Shown one piece after another: positions 12,058 to 27,782 of a stretch of 64,000 bases of DNA. Each line of letters opens with the position of its first letter. The first letter of the stretch is position 1. Position numbers and translations under genes: made by a program. The notes under the pieces were generated by a model that worked only from the letters and a program-made list of their open reading frames with translations, did no database searches and was not told the DNA's origin. The stretch is from the human T2T-CHM13v2.0 reference genome, Homo sapiens. Location of the stretch: assembly GCF_009914755.1 (NCBI RefSeq), contig NC_060935.1; one strand, written 5' to 3'.

Positions 12058-13761
12058 TCTCCCTGCCAACAGGTCGCCTGAGGCTCGGCCCGCGGGGTCA
12101 CAGACGCCGGGCGGGGCGGGGCGGGAGAGGAATGGCGAGGGCGGCGTGCTGGCGGGGGTGGGGCGGGGCGGCAGGCTTCTCCCCTTATCCCCCCACCTCA
12201 AGTGTGTCCTCGTGTCTGTGGTTGAAACCAACAGCTTGACAAAGGAGGTGCAGCTGCCTTCACAGCTTCCCCTGAAGTGGGGGGTATTAGGCCTCTGGCT
12301 CCCCGAGCTTTCCCAGCAGAGTCAAGAATGTATTTCAAGACGCCTCCCAAAGCCGCCCTCCTGGCTTAAAGGAGAAGGTTCCAAACGGCCTATTTTCTGA
12401 ACCTTCCAGCAGGCCTCTCTCTACCATGGAACTATTGAAGCTCTCCTTATTTACTTACCCCAGAAAGGTTTTTTCCCCCCTTTCCTTGAGAGGCTTGGAA
12501 ATGTCACCTGGTTTTGTTTATCTCTACTCCGAAAACCCGACACGTTGCTGCCATTCTAAATTTAGATACTAGCTGGCCGGTATTCATTCTCTAGGGTGTG
12601 GAATAGGACAGGAAACACATAGCTTCACTGGAATTTGAAAAGGGAAGTAGTAGGATGATGTCAACAGCGATTAGCTTGACCCTACATGGCTGACTGCTGT
12701 GGTGATTAAAGGTCCAGACCATAGAAGGAAGTGAGAGGGGCGGTAAATGGAGAAGTCCCATTCAAACAGTCCAGACATCACTGCCTGCCATCTCCCCTGG
12801 TTTAGTCTTTCTTACCTTTGGCCTCTTTTCTCTTATTGGGTGAGCCAGATTTCCATGGAAAGACGTTGACACTGCCCTGTGGACATTTTAAAAGAAGTAT
12901 TACATCCTGAAATACTATTCAATGAGACCCAGACCATACATTAACAAAGCCTTTTATATGTTATTAGAGCCTCTACATTCAACCCAGGGTTAGGGATAAG
13001 TTGAAAAATATGTGAGTGTTAAGTTACCATGATAGTCACATGTAATCTTGCTAGTTTCAAATGAAATGCTAACATTCTCAGAAAGTCTGTGTACACCATC
13101 TGCCAGCCAAATCCAAAATACTGTGCTTCAATCTGGTGACTCTCAAAGGATGCAAAGCTGATAGATATTTAACATTTTATGTATCATATCAGGAATTTTG
13201 TGGTCTCCCATTTTCCCCACGCCCCCTCACCCCTCTTTTTTCCCCACTATGGCTGGTGAAATTCTGCAGCAACATGCTCTTGCCAAGAACACACAGTTTT
13301 TAATCCCAGCAGGCTTCATCTTTGTCAAGCCAGCCTCCAATTTCACAAAACTATAATGAATTCCTTCAGTGTACTGCAATCCATCTGTGGTTTGGTGCCC
13401 AGTTTGCTGCCCCACGTCCACTGGGCAGTGGAATTACCAAATTCTCAAGACATGTTATCAGCCATCATTGCTACTGGTCTATGGGTTCCACTGTATAAGT
13501 TACTGATTGGCCTGAGCCTCTGCATTGGTAAACCCCAATCTGAGGTCAACACTAACATGGTCTAGCTATCAACAGCTGAATATTTTATCCTTAGGGAAAA
13601 TGCCAGTCATTCCTAAGTACATAACAGGAAAGTATTACACTATTACTTTTACCAAAGAGGTTCTTTCAGACCACTTTTGTGACAATAATTGTTGACATGT
13701 TTACCCTATTAACAAACAAGCTGCTGTTAGAAATATTTTATTTTTTTCCAAGTATACATAG

Positions 13762-14649
13762 TAGAATTTCTAACTATGTAAATAATCAGTAATCATTGAA
13801 GAGGTTTATGTGTGGTTGTGAACTGAAATATATGGAGAAATTTAAAAGAAGATGGGGAATTGTTCTAAGGGTAGACATTACTGACCTATGTTGTCTTATA
13901 TGCTTAAGTTTTCTGTGTCAGTTTCCTTGGTCTATTCAGGAAATATCTCTACCTGAAGTTCCACAGATGCCAACTCACCATGGCCAATACTGAACTTCTC
14001 TTGCCCTTGCCCAGCATCCTACATCTTTAATCCATACTGTTCCCTATATCCGTTAATGGCCTCACCACATGTCCAGAAGCTCCGCTCAGAAAGCTGTGAT
14101 TCTGAGTTCTCCTTCTGTCTTATTTCCCTCATCAAGCCTAATCTACTTTTATCTCTCAAACACATCCCATCTCTAACCCCACTTCTGTTGCCTTAGTTCC
14201 AGCCTTTATGATCTCTGTTATACTAGACTGTTTTAGTAACTTCTTAGCTGATTCTCTGTCTTTTATACCCTGACTCTCCAATTCAGATCCTTCTGAAACC
14301 AAAATGTGATTGTCTTTTCTTTGCATTAAAATCTTCCAGTAACTCCCCCATCGCTACCCTAAGGGATGAAATTAAGAACTCTCAACCTGGCATACATGGT
14401 TCTTCATGATCTGGCCTCATTTTAGAAGTTTCTAAGTATGTAAATAATCAGTGACCATTGTAGAGGTTTATGTGTAATTGTGAAATGAAATACATGGACC
14501 AATTTAGAAGAAGATGGGGAATTAGAACTAAGAATAGGCATTACTGACCTACTTTATCTTATATACTTAAGTTTTCTCTGTGTCAGTTTCTTCAGTCTAT
14601 TTAAGAAATATCTTACCTGAAGTTCCACATGTGCCAACTCACATGGCCA
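13762..14649 (+). repeat. Diverged ~225-bp direct duplication (13762-13986 and 14423-14649)
   Basis: Alignable by eye throughout (TATGTAAATAATCAGT...AGAAGATGGGGAATT...TACCTGAAGTTCCACA..TGCCAACTCAC); offset ~661 bp. Confidence 0.92.
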
Positions 14650-14970
14650 CCTAAACCTGTTGAGCCTTGTCTCTTCCCATTCCTCTAAATTCCCCTACCT
14701 ACCTACTACTTGTTGAGCCTCATCTCTTCTGATTCCTTTAAATGCACTCCAGACAGTATCACACTACTTGACATACTTGGATGTCATGCTGTTTCACATA
14801 CCAATAAGCAGTTACTGATTTCCTTTTGTTACTCATATATCCTTCTGTTCTCTAATTATTATTGTGATTGACTAATTGCACTAACATGGGGGTGCAGAGA
14901 TACATCCATGCTAGTATTATGGTTGATGCAAGGTAGATACACAGTAGATGGTGATTGAACGAATGAATGA
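13945..14970 (-). mobile_element. L2 3' remnant, interrupted by the duplicated block
   Basis: Pyrimidine-rich L2-like sequence (CATGATCTGGCC; ends TGAACGAATGAATGA). Confidence 0.55.
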
Positions 14971-15063
14971 GAACGCTTTGAAATCACGCATTCGGACACA
15001 CCATCACTCCAAACCTCTCATTTGATAAAATCTGCCCACTTTTTCACACATTTAGCATGTCTA

Positions 15064-15222
<159 letters not shown>

Positions 15223-15513
15223 GCATGTCCATCCCATAATTATCTGGTTGGAGCATCATCCTTATTCAGTACCTTGTTAATTAATTTACTCTTTCAAAAA
15301 ATATGTGTTGAACTGTGTGTCAGGCATAAAGGTTCTAAGTGCCAAACACTATTTACAGTGAACCCATCAGTCCTTTGGGAACTAGTTAGTTCTCAACTTG
15401 AAGGCCTCTTTGCTTTGATTGTAAAGGAGCAGAACAAAAACAGAAGGAAAAAACTTGAATAACACATTTCCTAGGTATTTCCTAGGCTCTTCCAACTAAA
15501 AGGTATGTTGTAG

Positions 15514-15975
<462 letters not shown>

Positions 15976-16568
15976 AGTCTTAGAAATTGAGTAACTTTCC
16001 AAAATCCCACAGATACTAAGTGGCAGAAGCAAGATTTAAAAAATAATTATCCTTCCAATACTCTGCCCAGACCCTTTAGCCAGTACTTGAAGCAACTGCC
16101 AATATAGACTAAATTTATTCAACAGATAGTTCTTGCCTTCCTGCCATGTGCCAGGCTTTTCTAGACGCTATGATAAAATAATGTGCAAGACAAACAGGGC
16201 CTCTGTTCTTAGAGATCTTAGTGTCTAAGTCTTAACAAAGGAGAAAATAGGTAAAAGTATGCTGCACCTGAGGAACCTTAAGTCATCGTCAATGACTTAA
16301 GAAAGTGGCAGAGAAAAGGAATATGGAAGAGAGAATTGACCAGAATTTTTACTTTTATTATAACACTTTGTTATCTAAATTATAATCTTTTGATATTAAG
16401 CTAACTAAACTGATATGAACACATGGCAAACCCTTCCCCCCTCACCTTTCTGTGTTTACACTTCCTGATGCTGCCAAATCAGTTAGAGATCATAACTTCA
16501 CATAACCTTAAAAAGGTAAGGACTTTTCTTCATAGCTAAGTTCCCTTGCTAGAACCTCTAAACAAATA

Positions 16569-16909
16569 AAGTCATGTGCCGCGTGACATTTCAGTCAACA
16601 ACACACCACAGATACAGTGGTGGTCCTATAAATTATAATACCATATTTTTACTGTATCTGTTCTATGTTTAGATCTATGTTTAGCTACACAAATACCATT
16701 TTGTTACAGTTGCTTATAGTATTCAGTACAGTAATGTGTGGCACAGGTTTGTAGGTTAGGAGTAACAGGCTATAATATATAATCCTGGTGTGTAGTGGGC
16801 TATACCATCTAGGCTTGTGTAAGTGCACTCTGTGATATTCTGAAACCGACAAAATTGCCTAATGACACGTTTCTCAGCACTTACCCCATTGATATGTGAT
16901 GTATGACTG
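16569..16909. mobile_element. Tigger3-family MITE
   Basis: TIRs (AGTCATGTG ... TATGACTG), TA flanks, GGTGGTCCTATAAATTATAAT body. Confidence 0.75.
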
Positions 16910-17397
16910 TATTCCACTTCCAACTGCAGGAAACTTATTCAGGCTCCCAGAATACATATTTTTGACAATAATACATAACTTTGTTGATTACTTACCCTGT
17001 TCTAAGCATGTTACATACATTATCTCAGTTACACCCTAAAACAACTTCATGACCTTAAGTGGAGGAGACAGCAAACTGTGTCCTTTTCCCCCTGAGCACA
17101 TAGTTAGACCACATTTCCCAGCCTCCTTTGCAATTAGTTGGGGTCTTGTGACTGACTTCTGTCCCACAGAATGTGGACAGAAATAATGAAAGCCATTTAA
17201 GGCTTGACCCATAAGGTCTCAAAAACCTCCTACAAATCTTCCACATTCTCTTTCTTTCCCTACTTGCGGGCTGAATGAAGACTTCAAAGAATCTAGAGAA
17301 GGTCAAAACCACAAAATGGAAGAAGCCTGGGGTCATAGATGAATCCTTGGAGGAATGCTGCCTGTGAGAACTGCATGACCAGAAACATAAATTATGC

Positions 17398-17695
17398 TGC
17401 TGGGCGCGGTGGCTCACGCCTGTAATCCCAGCACTTTGGGAGGCTGAGGCGGGTGAATCACCTGAGGTCAGGAGTTAGAGACCAGCCTGGCCAACATGGC
17501 GAAACCCCGTCCCTACTAAAAATACAAAAATTAGCCGAGCGTGGTGGCACGCACCTATAATCTCAGCTACTCGGGAGGCTGAGACAGGAGAATTGCTTGA
17601 ACCCTCGGAGGCAGAGGTTGCATTGAGCAGAGATCACGTCGCTTCACTCCAGGTTGGGCGAAAGAGCAAAACTGTGTCTCTAAATAAATAAATAA
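17398..17695 (+). mobile_element. AluS inserted in an MLT1-type LTR (~17060-17750)
   Basis: Alu dimer; flanks carry MLT1 motifs (CATTTCCCAGCCTCCTTTGCA ... CTAATACA). Confidence 0.85.
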
Positions 17696-18243
17696 AGCCC
17701 CTGAGATTTTTGATGCTGTTTGTTACAGTGATCAGCTACCCTACCTAATACACTTCTTTTCTCTCCATTTTACTGATAAAGAAATTAAAGCTTAGGAAAA
17801 GTTAAGTAACTTGCTTAAGCTTGCTCAGCTATTAGGTTGGGGAAGTAGGATTGGAGCTCAGATCTACCTAACTTTAGAGCTGGGCTCTCACTGCTTGTGT
17901 TCGTCGTGGAACTATTTCATGTACTTCTAAAATTTTCATAAAAATTCCATATGGCCCTTTAATACAAACTGCTACATCTAGCATGGCTACAAAAACAATA
18001 ATCTGGGTAATCTCCAGCTTCTCTAACAAGTATGAGGCTCTCTTACTATCTTTAACACATTCCTGCCACACTTTCCTTTCTTTCAGATATATTACTTTTA
18101 CAATTTCAAAATAACAATATGTTTGGACTTTTTTAGTTATTCAGAGATGATGTCTAGACTGGCGGTTAAATACAATCCTTCCCTTGAAAGGGAAAATTAA
18201 CCAAACCTTGACCCTGAATCATCATAAAAAAACTGTCTAATTA

Positions 18244-18525
18244 GGCATGGTACAGTGGCTCTCAACTGTAATTCTGGCACTTTGGGAGGCCTCAATGGTA
18301 GGATCACTTGAGTCCAAGAGTTCTAGACCAGCCTAGGCAACATAGTGAGACTCCTTATCCACCAAAAATTTTAAAAATTAGCCAAATGTGGTGGTGTGCA
18401 GCTATAATACCAGCTACTTGGGAGGCTGAGGCAGGAGGATAGCTTGGGTCCAGGAGCTTGAGGTTACAGTGAGCTAAGATTGGGCCACTGCACTCCAGCT
18501 TGGGCAACAGAGTGAGCCTCTGTCT

Positions 18526-18563
<38 letters not shown>

Positions 18564-18575
18564 ACACACACAAAC
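18244..18575 (+). mobile_element. AluJ with (CA)n microsatellite tail
   Basis: Alu dimer followed by a ~(CA)20 imperfect tract at 18529-18571. Confidence 0.92.
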
Positions 18576-19339
18576 AACCTCCCTATGAAGCAGAATAAAA
18601 TTAGTACACATGAGATGTTAACATACCTGGGGGCCATTTTTCTCTGTAACCTAAGAGGATGAATCAAGTAAAAATGTATTAGAACATGCAACATTGTGCT
18701 AAAATGAAATCAGAAGCTTAATGCTAATGTTAATATTGGGATATTGAGTTTTGACCAGTAGTTGTCGGAAAAATGAAGGAGATTTATTAATTCATTTGAA
18801 GCAATGGGAGACGTACTGAATTTGGAGTCAGACACATTAGATCTTGAACTTAGGTTCAAAACTCTGGGCAAGTTATTCACTTTCTAATACATAACGCAGG
18901 GATAATAGTAAATATCTTGCAGATTTCCTGTTAGGATTAACATAACGTATACAAAAAAACTGGTGCAATGCTTGACACACAGTTGTCACACCAAAAATAA
19001 GATTAATCAATATTTACCCAGGATTTGCTATGAGCAAAGTACTCTGCTACATTCTCAGGATACAGAGATGACTTAGACAAAATGCCAACGCAGTGTGTTA
19101 AGTACTATGATAGAGGTGTTGCATGCAGTATTAAAAGAACAGAGAAAAGGAACACTGAATTCTGCTTGGAGGAATCGAGGGTTTCCCAGGGGCATAAATT
19201 GCCATGTTCTTCTTTATATGTTTATCCTTTTGGCTTTGCATCTTTATCCTCTTGGCTATCTTATTCCCCCTCTTCTGGATTAAGGTCTTTGATTGTTAAT
19301 GAACACCTTTGTCCTTTACTCATGGTATTCCCAAGACAT

Positions 19340-20235
19340 TTGACAATTAACAAATATGGGACCAATTCTTCATACAGCAGTAAGGTTGAACAAACCCTAC
19401 CCAAATTAAAGGGTAAAAGACACTTGATTATATAAGGAAGATCTAAATGGATTATGGCACATGCTTCCATTGTCCAGTTTTGAAAACCTGGGACTATGGC
19501 TTTGAAATACCTTGTGAACTCTATAATCATCTTTGTCTTAGTGTCTGTCTGCATTGCAGTTACTAGATATATGATCATCAGAGTCTTGAATGCTGCTGCA
19601 CATCCACTGTTAAACTAGATAATTTACAGATGTTCATTCAACAAAAAGGATGAGAAGGTTTCATAAAGAGGTCAAAATAACTACCATGAAAAACTCAATA
19701 CACCATTGCAACTTATTAAATAGCAATGCAGATCTGGACTGATCACGTCCCAGGTAATGATGGTGTTTCTTCCAGCTTGGGTTGAAGATTGGCTGAAAGA
19801 AAGGAGACTGAGAAATGAAGCAAAAACTATAATGATTTGCAAAATGAATCAACTGTACCATTCCGTGACATGCAACACAAACACAAAATTGAAGCCCTTG
19901 TTGTTCTAACACCAACTTGCTTAGAGACTTAGAAGTTAAACCACAGATGAACTGATGTAACTGTAACTCTGCAGACACATATGCTCTAGTAGCTCATCTA
20001 GTTGACAAATTTAAACCAATCCCTGCACTGGCTACTAATGTGCACCATAAATTCCCCCCTATGATTAACACCAGCCTCCTCTCAAATCCTGTAAGTAATA
20101 CCTTTCCCTAACTTCCCCCTTTTGAGACATTTTGAGACTAAAATTTTGTTATGGTGATGCTTCTCCTTATTAGTAACTTTAATAAATCCAGATTTGCTTA
20201 TAATCAGCAGGTTTTCTCATGATCTTTGTATGGAG
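19340..20235 (+). mobile_element. ERV 3' remnant: env TM fragment, PPT-like purine run and 3' LTR
   Basis: env-like translation (SSKVEQTLPKLK ... IIIFVLVSVCIAVTRYMIIRVLNAAAHPL), AAAGAAAGGAGAC followed by TG at ~19809, AATAAA at ~20181. Confidence 0.5.
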
Positions 20236-21234
<999 letters not shown>

Positions 21235-23576
21235 GGGAGATTTGGCAGCAATTTGCAAAGTACATTCTTGTTGCTGTGTGGAGAATGGAATGTAAAATAA
21301 GAACAGAAGCAAGAAAAATAGCTAAGAAGGAATTGCTGTAGACCAGAAGAGCAGTGATCGTGACTTAAATTAGGGTGGTAGGCATGGAAGTCAAAAGAAG
21401 TAGATAGGTTTAGATATATGTTGAATAAAGAATCAACAGAATTTGCTGGTGGATTGAATGGTAGGGAGTAGAATCTGGGGACAAGTTGCTCAAGTAAAGA
21501 CTATGAAAGGGTGACTCCTAGGATTTTGGACTGAATAACCATGTGAATGGAGAATAAGGACAGATGAAGTTGGAAGGAAGATAGCTTATATGCCACAATT
21601 AAAAAGAGCCTGGATATTGTCCTGAAGGCAAGAAGAAGATTGAAAGATTCTAAGGACAGAAATGATATGGAGGAGTAACTGATCTTTGTGGAACCTCTCA
21701 TACTTGAAATTCAATTAGTCTTTTAAATGATTCCCTGAGCCAGAAACCATGATTCCATCTCTTTCCTTCTTCCTCTACCCTGTATAATGATTTGGTTTTT
21801 AGTTCAATTACAGCCTTGTTATGAAATATCAAGAAAGTTTTGGACAGCTAAATTTTACATTTTATGGTCTTCCTTAGGCCTAATTCACAGTGGATTACAT
21901 AAGATTAGAAAACAAAAAGCTCATAAAAATAGTTGTTCTCCTTTATAACACTTAGCCCAAGGGCAAGATCAAAATAAAACTAGATGGTGGATAGAGTACT
22001 TTGTGATAGTGGCATTAGAAATAAGAAGAAGCCTATTGATTCTAGAGGTAAAAATGCATAGGAGTTGGCAAAGAGATTGCATGAAATGGATTAAGGAGAA
22101 TGCAAAGTTTAGGTTGATTCCTAGGTTTCCGGTTGTATCATGATGCTATTCACTAAAAAGGAGAATCCTGGAGCAGGGGGAAGGTGGAAAGGTAGCAGGG
22201 AAAGAATGTTGTATTTAGTTTGAACATACTGATTTTTTAAATTAATAAACTTACTTTTTTAGATAAGGTTTAAATTCACAGAAAAATTGAGTGGAAAATA
22301 CAGACAGTTCCCATGTAGTTCCTGTCCCAACACGTGCACAATCTTCCCCACTGTGGACATCACGTGCCACAATGGTACATTTGTTACAATCAGTGAACCT
22401 ACATTGACACATCATTGTCACCCAAAGTCCATGGTTTACGTGAGGGTTCACTCTTGGAGTTGTACATTCCATGGGCTTTGACAAATGTATGATAACATGT
22501 ATCCACCATTACAGAATCACACAGAATAGTTTTACTGACCTAAAAATTCTATGTGTTCTGCCTATTCATCTCTCCCTTCCCCAGCCTCTGGCAATCATTG
22601 ATTTTTCACTGTCTCTATAGTTTTGCCTTTTTCAGAATATCAAATAGTTGGAATCATACAGTCTATGCCCTTTTAAGATTGGCTTCTTTCACTTAGTAAT
22701 ATGCAAGTAAGATTCCTCAATGCCTTTTCCTCAATTGCGTGATAGCTGATTTCTTCTTAGCACTAAATAATATTTTGTTATCTAGATGTACCACAGTTTA
22801 CTTATCCATTCACCCACTGAAGGACATCTTAGTTGCTTCCAAGTTTTGGCAATTATTAATAAAGCTGCTATAAACATCTATGTGCATGTTTCTGTGTGGA
22901 CATAAGTTTTCTTTTTCCTTTTTCTTTTCTTTTTTTTTTTTTTTTGAGACAGAGTCTTGCTCAGTCGCCCAGGCTGGAGTGCAGTGGAGCCATCAAGGGC
23001 TCACTGCAACTTCCTAGGTTCAAGCGATTCTCCTGCCTCAGCCTCCGAAGTAGCTGGGATTACAGGCACCCGCCATCATGCCCAGCTAATTTTTGTATTT
23101 TTGTAGAGACAGGGTTTCACCAGGTTGGCCAGGCTGGTCTCAAACTCTTGACCTTAGGTGATGTGCCTGCCACGGACTCCCAAATTGCTGGGATTATAGG
23201 CGTGAGCCACTGCACCTGGCCAAACATAAGTTTTCAGTTCATTTGGGTAAATATCAAAGAGCACAACTGCTAGATCGTATGGTAAGAATATGTTTGTTTT
23301 GTGAGAAACTGCCAACTCTCTTCCAAAGGGGCGCCACCATTTTGCATTCCCACCGGTAATGGATGTGAGTTTCTGTTGCTATGCATCCTCTCCAGCATTT
23401 GGTATTTTCAGTGTTCTGAATTTTGGGTCATTCTGATAGGTGTGTAGTGGTATCTCGTTGTTTTAATTTGCATCTCCCAATGACATATGATGTTGAACAT
23501 CTTTTCACCTGATTACTTAACGTCTGTGTATCTTCTTTGGTGAGGGTGTCTGGTCAGGTATTTTGCTCATTTTTAA

Positions 23577-24173
<597 letters not shown>

Positions 24174-24198
24174 TAGTTTTTTGTTTTACATTTAGGTT

Positions 24199-24551
24199 TG
24201 CTGTGGTATGAATGTTTGTAACCACTCCCCAAAATCCTAACCCCCAAAATGATGGTATTAGGAGGTGGAGCCTTTGAGAGGTCATTAGGTTACCGTGGGT
24301 GGAACTCTCGTTAATTGGATTAGTACCCTTATAAAAGGCCTCAGAGAAATCCCTTCCTCCTGCCATGTGAAGACACAGTGAAAAGGGAGTGACCTGTGAA
24401 TCACGAAGTGGACCTTCACCAGACATCAAATCTGCCAGTGCCTTGATCTTTGATTTACCACTCTCCAGAACTGCAAGAAATACATTTCTGTTATACATAA
24501 TCTACCTGCTCTATGGTAGTTTGTTAGAGCATCCTAAATGGATTAAAGACA
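24199..24551 (+). mobile_element. MLT1A-like solo LTR
   Basis: TG...CA ends, 5-bp TSD AGGTT/AGGTC, MaLR motifs. Confidence 0.82.
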
Positions 24552-26133
24552 AGGTCTATGATCCATTTTTTTAATCCTTGATGCTGATTCTAGAATATGA
24601 TCCATTCTGACTTAATTTTTGTGAAAGGCATAAGGTCTGTGTCTAGATTCATTTTTTTTTTTTTTTTTGCATGTAGATGTCTAAGTTGTTCCAGCAAAAC
24701 TTGTTGAAAAGACTATCTTTTCTCCACTGAATTGCCTTTGCTCTTTTGTCAAAGATCAGTTGACTATGTTTATGTGGGCCTATTTCTGGGCTATTTTGTT
24801 CCATTAATCTCTTTGTCTATTCTTTTACCAATACCATGCTGTCTTGATTACTGTAGCTTTATAGTAAGTCTTGAAATCAGGTAGTGTCAGTCTTCTTATT
24901 TTGTTCTTCTCCTTCAACGGTGAGTTGGCTATTCTGGGTCTTTTGCCTCTCCATATAAACTTTACAATTAGTTCATCAGTATCCATAAAGAACATGCTAG
25001 GATTTTGATTGGGATTGCATTGGGAAGAACCAGCATCTTGACAACATTGAGTCTTCCTATCCATAAACATAGAATACTCCTCTATTTTTTTAGTTACTTA
25101 ATTTATTTGTAGTCTTCCTCATATAGACCTTGTACGTATTTTGTTAAATCTATACCTATTTTATTTTTGGGGTGTGCTAATGTAAACACTAATGTGTTTT
25201 CAACTTCAAATTCTACTTGTTTATTGCTAATATATAGGCGAGTGGTTAATTTTTGTATATTAACATTGTATCCTATAACCTTGTTATAATAGCTTATTAG
25301 TTCCAGGAGTTCCTTTGGTTGATTCTTTTGGATTTTCTGCATAGATGATCATGTCGTCTGTAAACAAAGCCAGTTTAATTTCTTCCTTCCCAGTCTGTAT
25401 ATCTTTTCTTTTCTTTTTTATTTTATTGCCTTAGCTAGGACTTCTAGTACAATATTGAAAAGGAGTGGTGAGAGGACTTCCTTGACTTGTTCATGATCTT
25501 AGTGGGAAAGCTTCGAGTTTCTCAGTGTTATGTATGAAGTTAGCCATAGGGTTGTTGTAGATGTTCTTTATCAAGCTAAGGAAGTTCCCCTCTATTCCTA
25601 GTTTCCTGAGAGTTTTTATCATGAATAGTGTTAGGTTTTGTCAAGTATTTTTTCTATATCTGTTTATATGATAACGTGAGCTTTCTTCTTTAACCTGTTG
25701 ATGTGGTAGGCTACACTGATTGATTTTTTAATGCTGAACCAGCCTTGAATACTGGGAATAAGTCCCACTTGGTCATGGTTTATAATTTTTTATACATACT
25801 TTGATTCAATTTGCTAATTTTTTGAGGATTTTTGCATCTATATCATGAGAGATACTGGTCTGTCATTTTCTCATGATGTTCGTCTGATTTTGGTATTAGG
25901 ATTCTGCTGGCCTCATGGAATGAGTTAGGAAGTATTCTCTGCTTTTATCTTCTGAAGGAGATTGTAGAGAATTTGTCTAATTTTTTTCCCTTAAATATGT
26001 GTTAGAATTCACCAGTGAACCCATCTTGGCCAGGTTCTTTCTGTTTCAGAAGGTTATTAATTATTGGTATCATTTTGTAAATACACCTATGCCTATTCAG
26101 ATGGTCTGTTTTTTCTTGTATAAGTTTTTGTAG

Positions 26134-26511
<378 letters not shown>

Positions 26512-27677
26512 TAGAGTTGTTCATAATGTTCCTTCCTTTTAATGTCCCTTCTTTCATTTTTGGTGTTAGTAACTTGTGTCTTCTGTTTTTTTCTTAGCCT
26601 GGTTAGAGGTTTATTGATTTTATTGATCTTTTCAAATAATCAGCTTTTCATTTTTTAAATTTCTCTCCATTAATTAATTTCCTGTTTTCAATTTCATTGA
26701 TTTTTGCTCTAATTCTTATTATTTTCTTCTGCTTACATTAGACTTAATTTCCTCTTATTTTTGTCATTCCGTAAGGTGGTGGCTTAGGTTATTGATTTTA
26801 GATCTTTCTTCTTTTGTAACATATGCATCCAGTGCTATAAATTTCCCTTGAAGTACTCCTTTTGCTGTATCCCACAAATTTTGATAAATTGTATTTTCAT
26901 TTTCATGTAGTTTAAAATATTTTTAAAATTTCTCTTGAGATTTTTTTTTGACTCGTGTTATTTAGAAGTGTGTTGTTTAATATCCAACTATTTGGGATCT
27001 TCCCACTTTCTATTGCTGATTTCTAGTTTAGTTCCATTTGGCCTGAGAACAGACATTGTAAAATTTTTATTCTTGTAAATTTGTTGAGGTGTATTTTATG
27101 GCCCAGAATGTCGTCTTTCTTGATGAATGCTTTACATGAGCTTGAGAAGAATATATTATCTGTTTTTGTTCGATAAAGTCGTCTATAGATGTCAGTTATA
27201 TCCAGTTGAGTGACAGTTTTGAGTTCAACTATATCCTTACTGATTTTCTCCCTGCTGGATCTGTTTATTCCTAATAGAGGAGTGTTACGGTCTCCAACTA
27301 CAATAGTGGATTCATGTATTTCTCTTTGTAGTTCTATCAATTTTTGCCTCACGTATTTTGATGCTCTACTATTAGGCACATATACGTTAAGAATTGTTAT
27401 GTCTTCTTGGAGTATTGACCTCTTTATCATTATGTAATGCTCCTCTTTATCCCTGATAATTTCCTTGCTCTGAATTGTGCCCTGTCTGAAATAATAGCTA
27501 CTCCTATATTTTGATTAGTGTTAGCATAGTATATTTTTCTACATCACTTCATTTTTAATATGTATATTTCTTTATATTTAAAGTAGGTTTTTTGTAGACA
27601 GCGTATAGTTGGAGCTTGGTTTTTGATCCACTCTGACAAGGTGTGCTTATTTTTTATTTGTTTGTTTGTTTCTTTGA

Positions 27678-27782
<105 letters not shown>

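Larger units (their letters stand above)
10990..12200. promoter_or_regulatory. CpG island / PICALM promoter
   Basis: Sharp rise in GC and CpG content across exon 1; GC boxes (GGGGCGGGGC at ~12112-12125 and ~12160-12170). Confidence 0.92.

Noticed and set aside
10701-12400. Many overlapping 60-226 aa ORFs around exon 1 (e.g. 11308-11988 +)
   Set aside because: Stop-poor GC-rich CpG island giving low-complexity Pro/Arg/Gly translations; only the PICALM frame is recognisable
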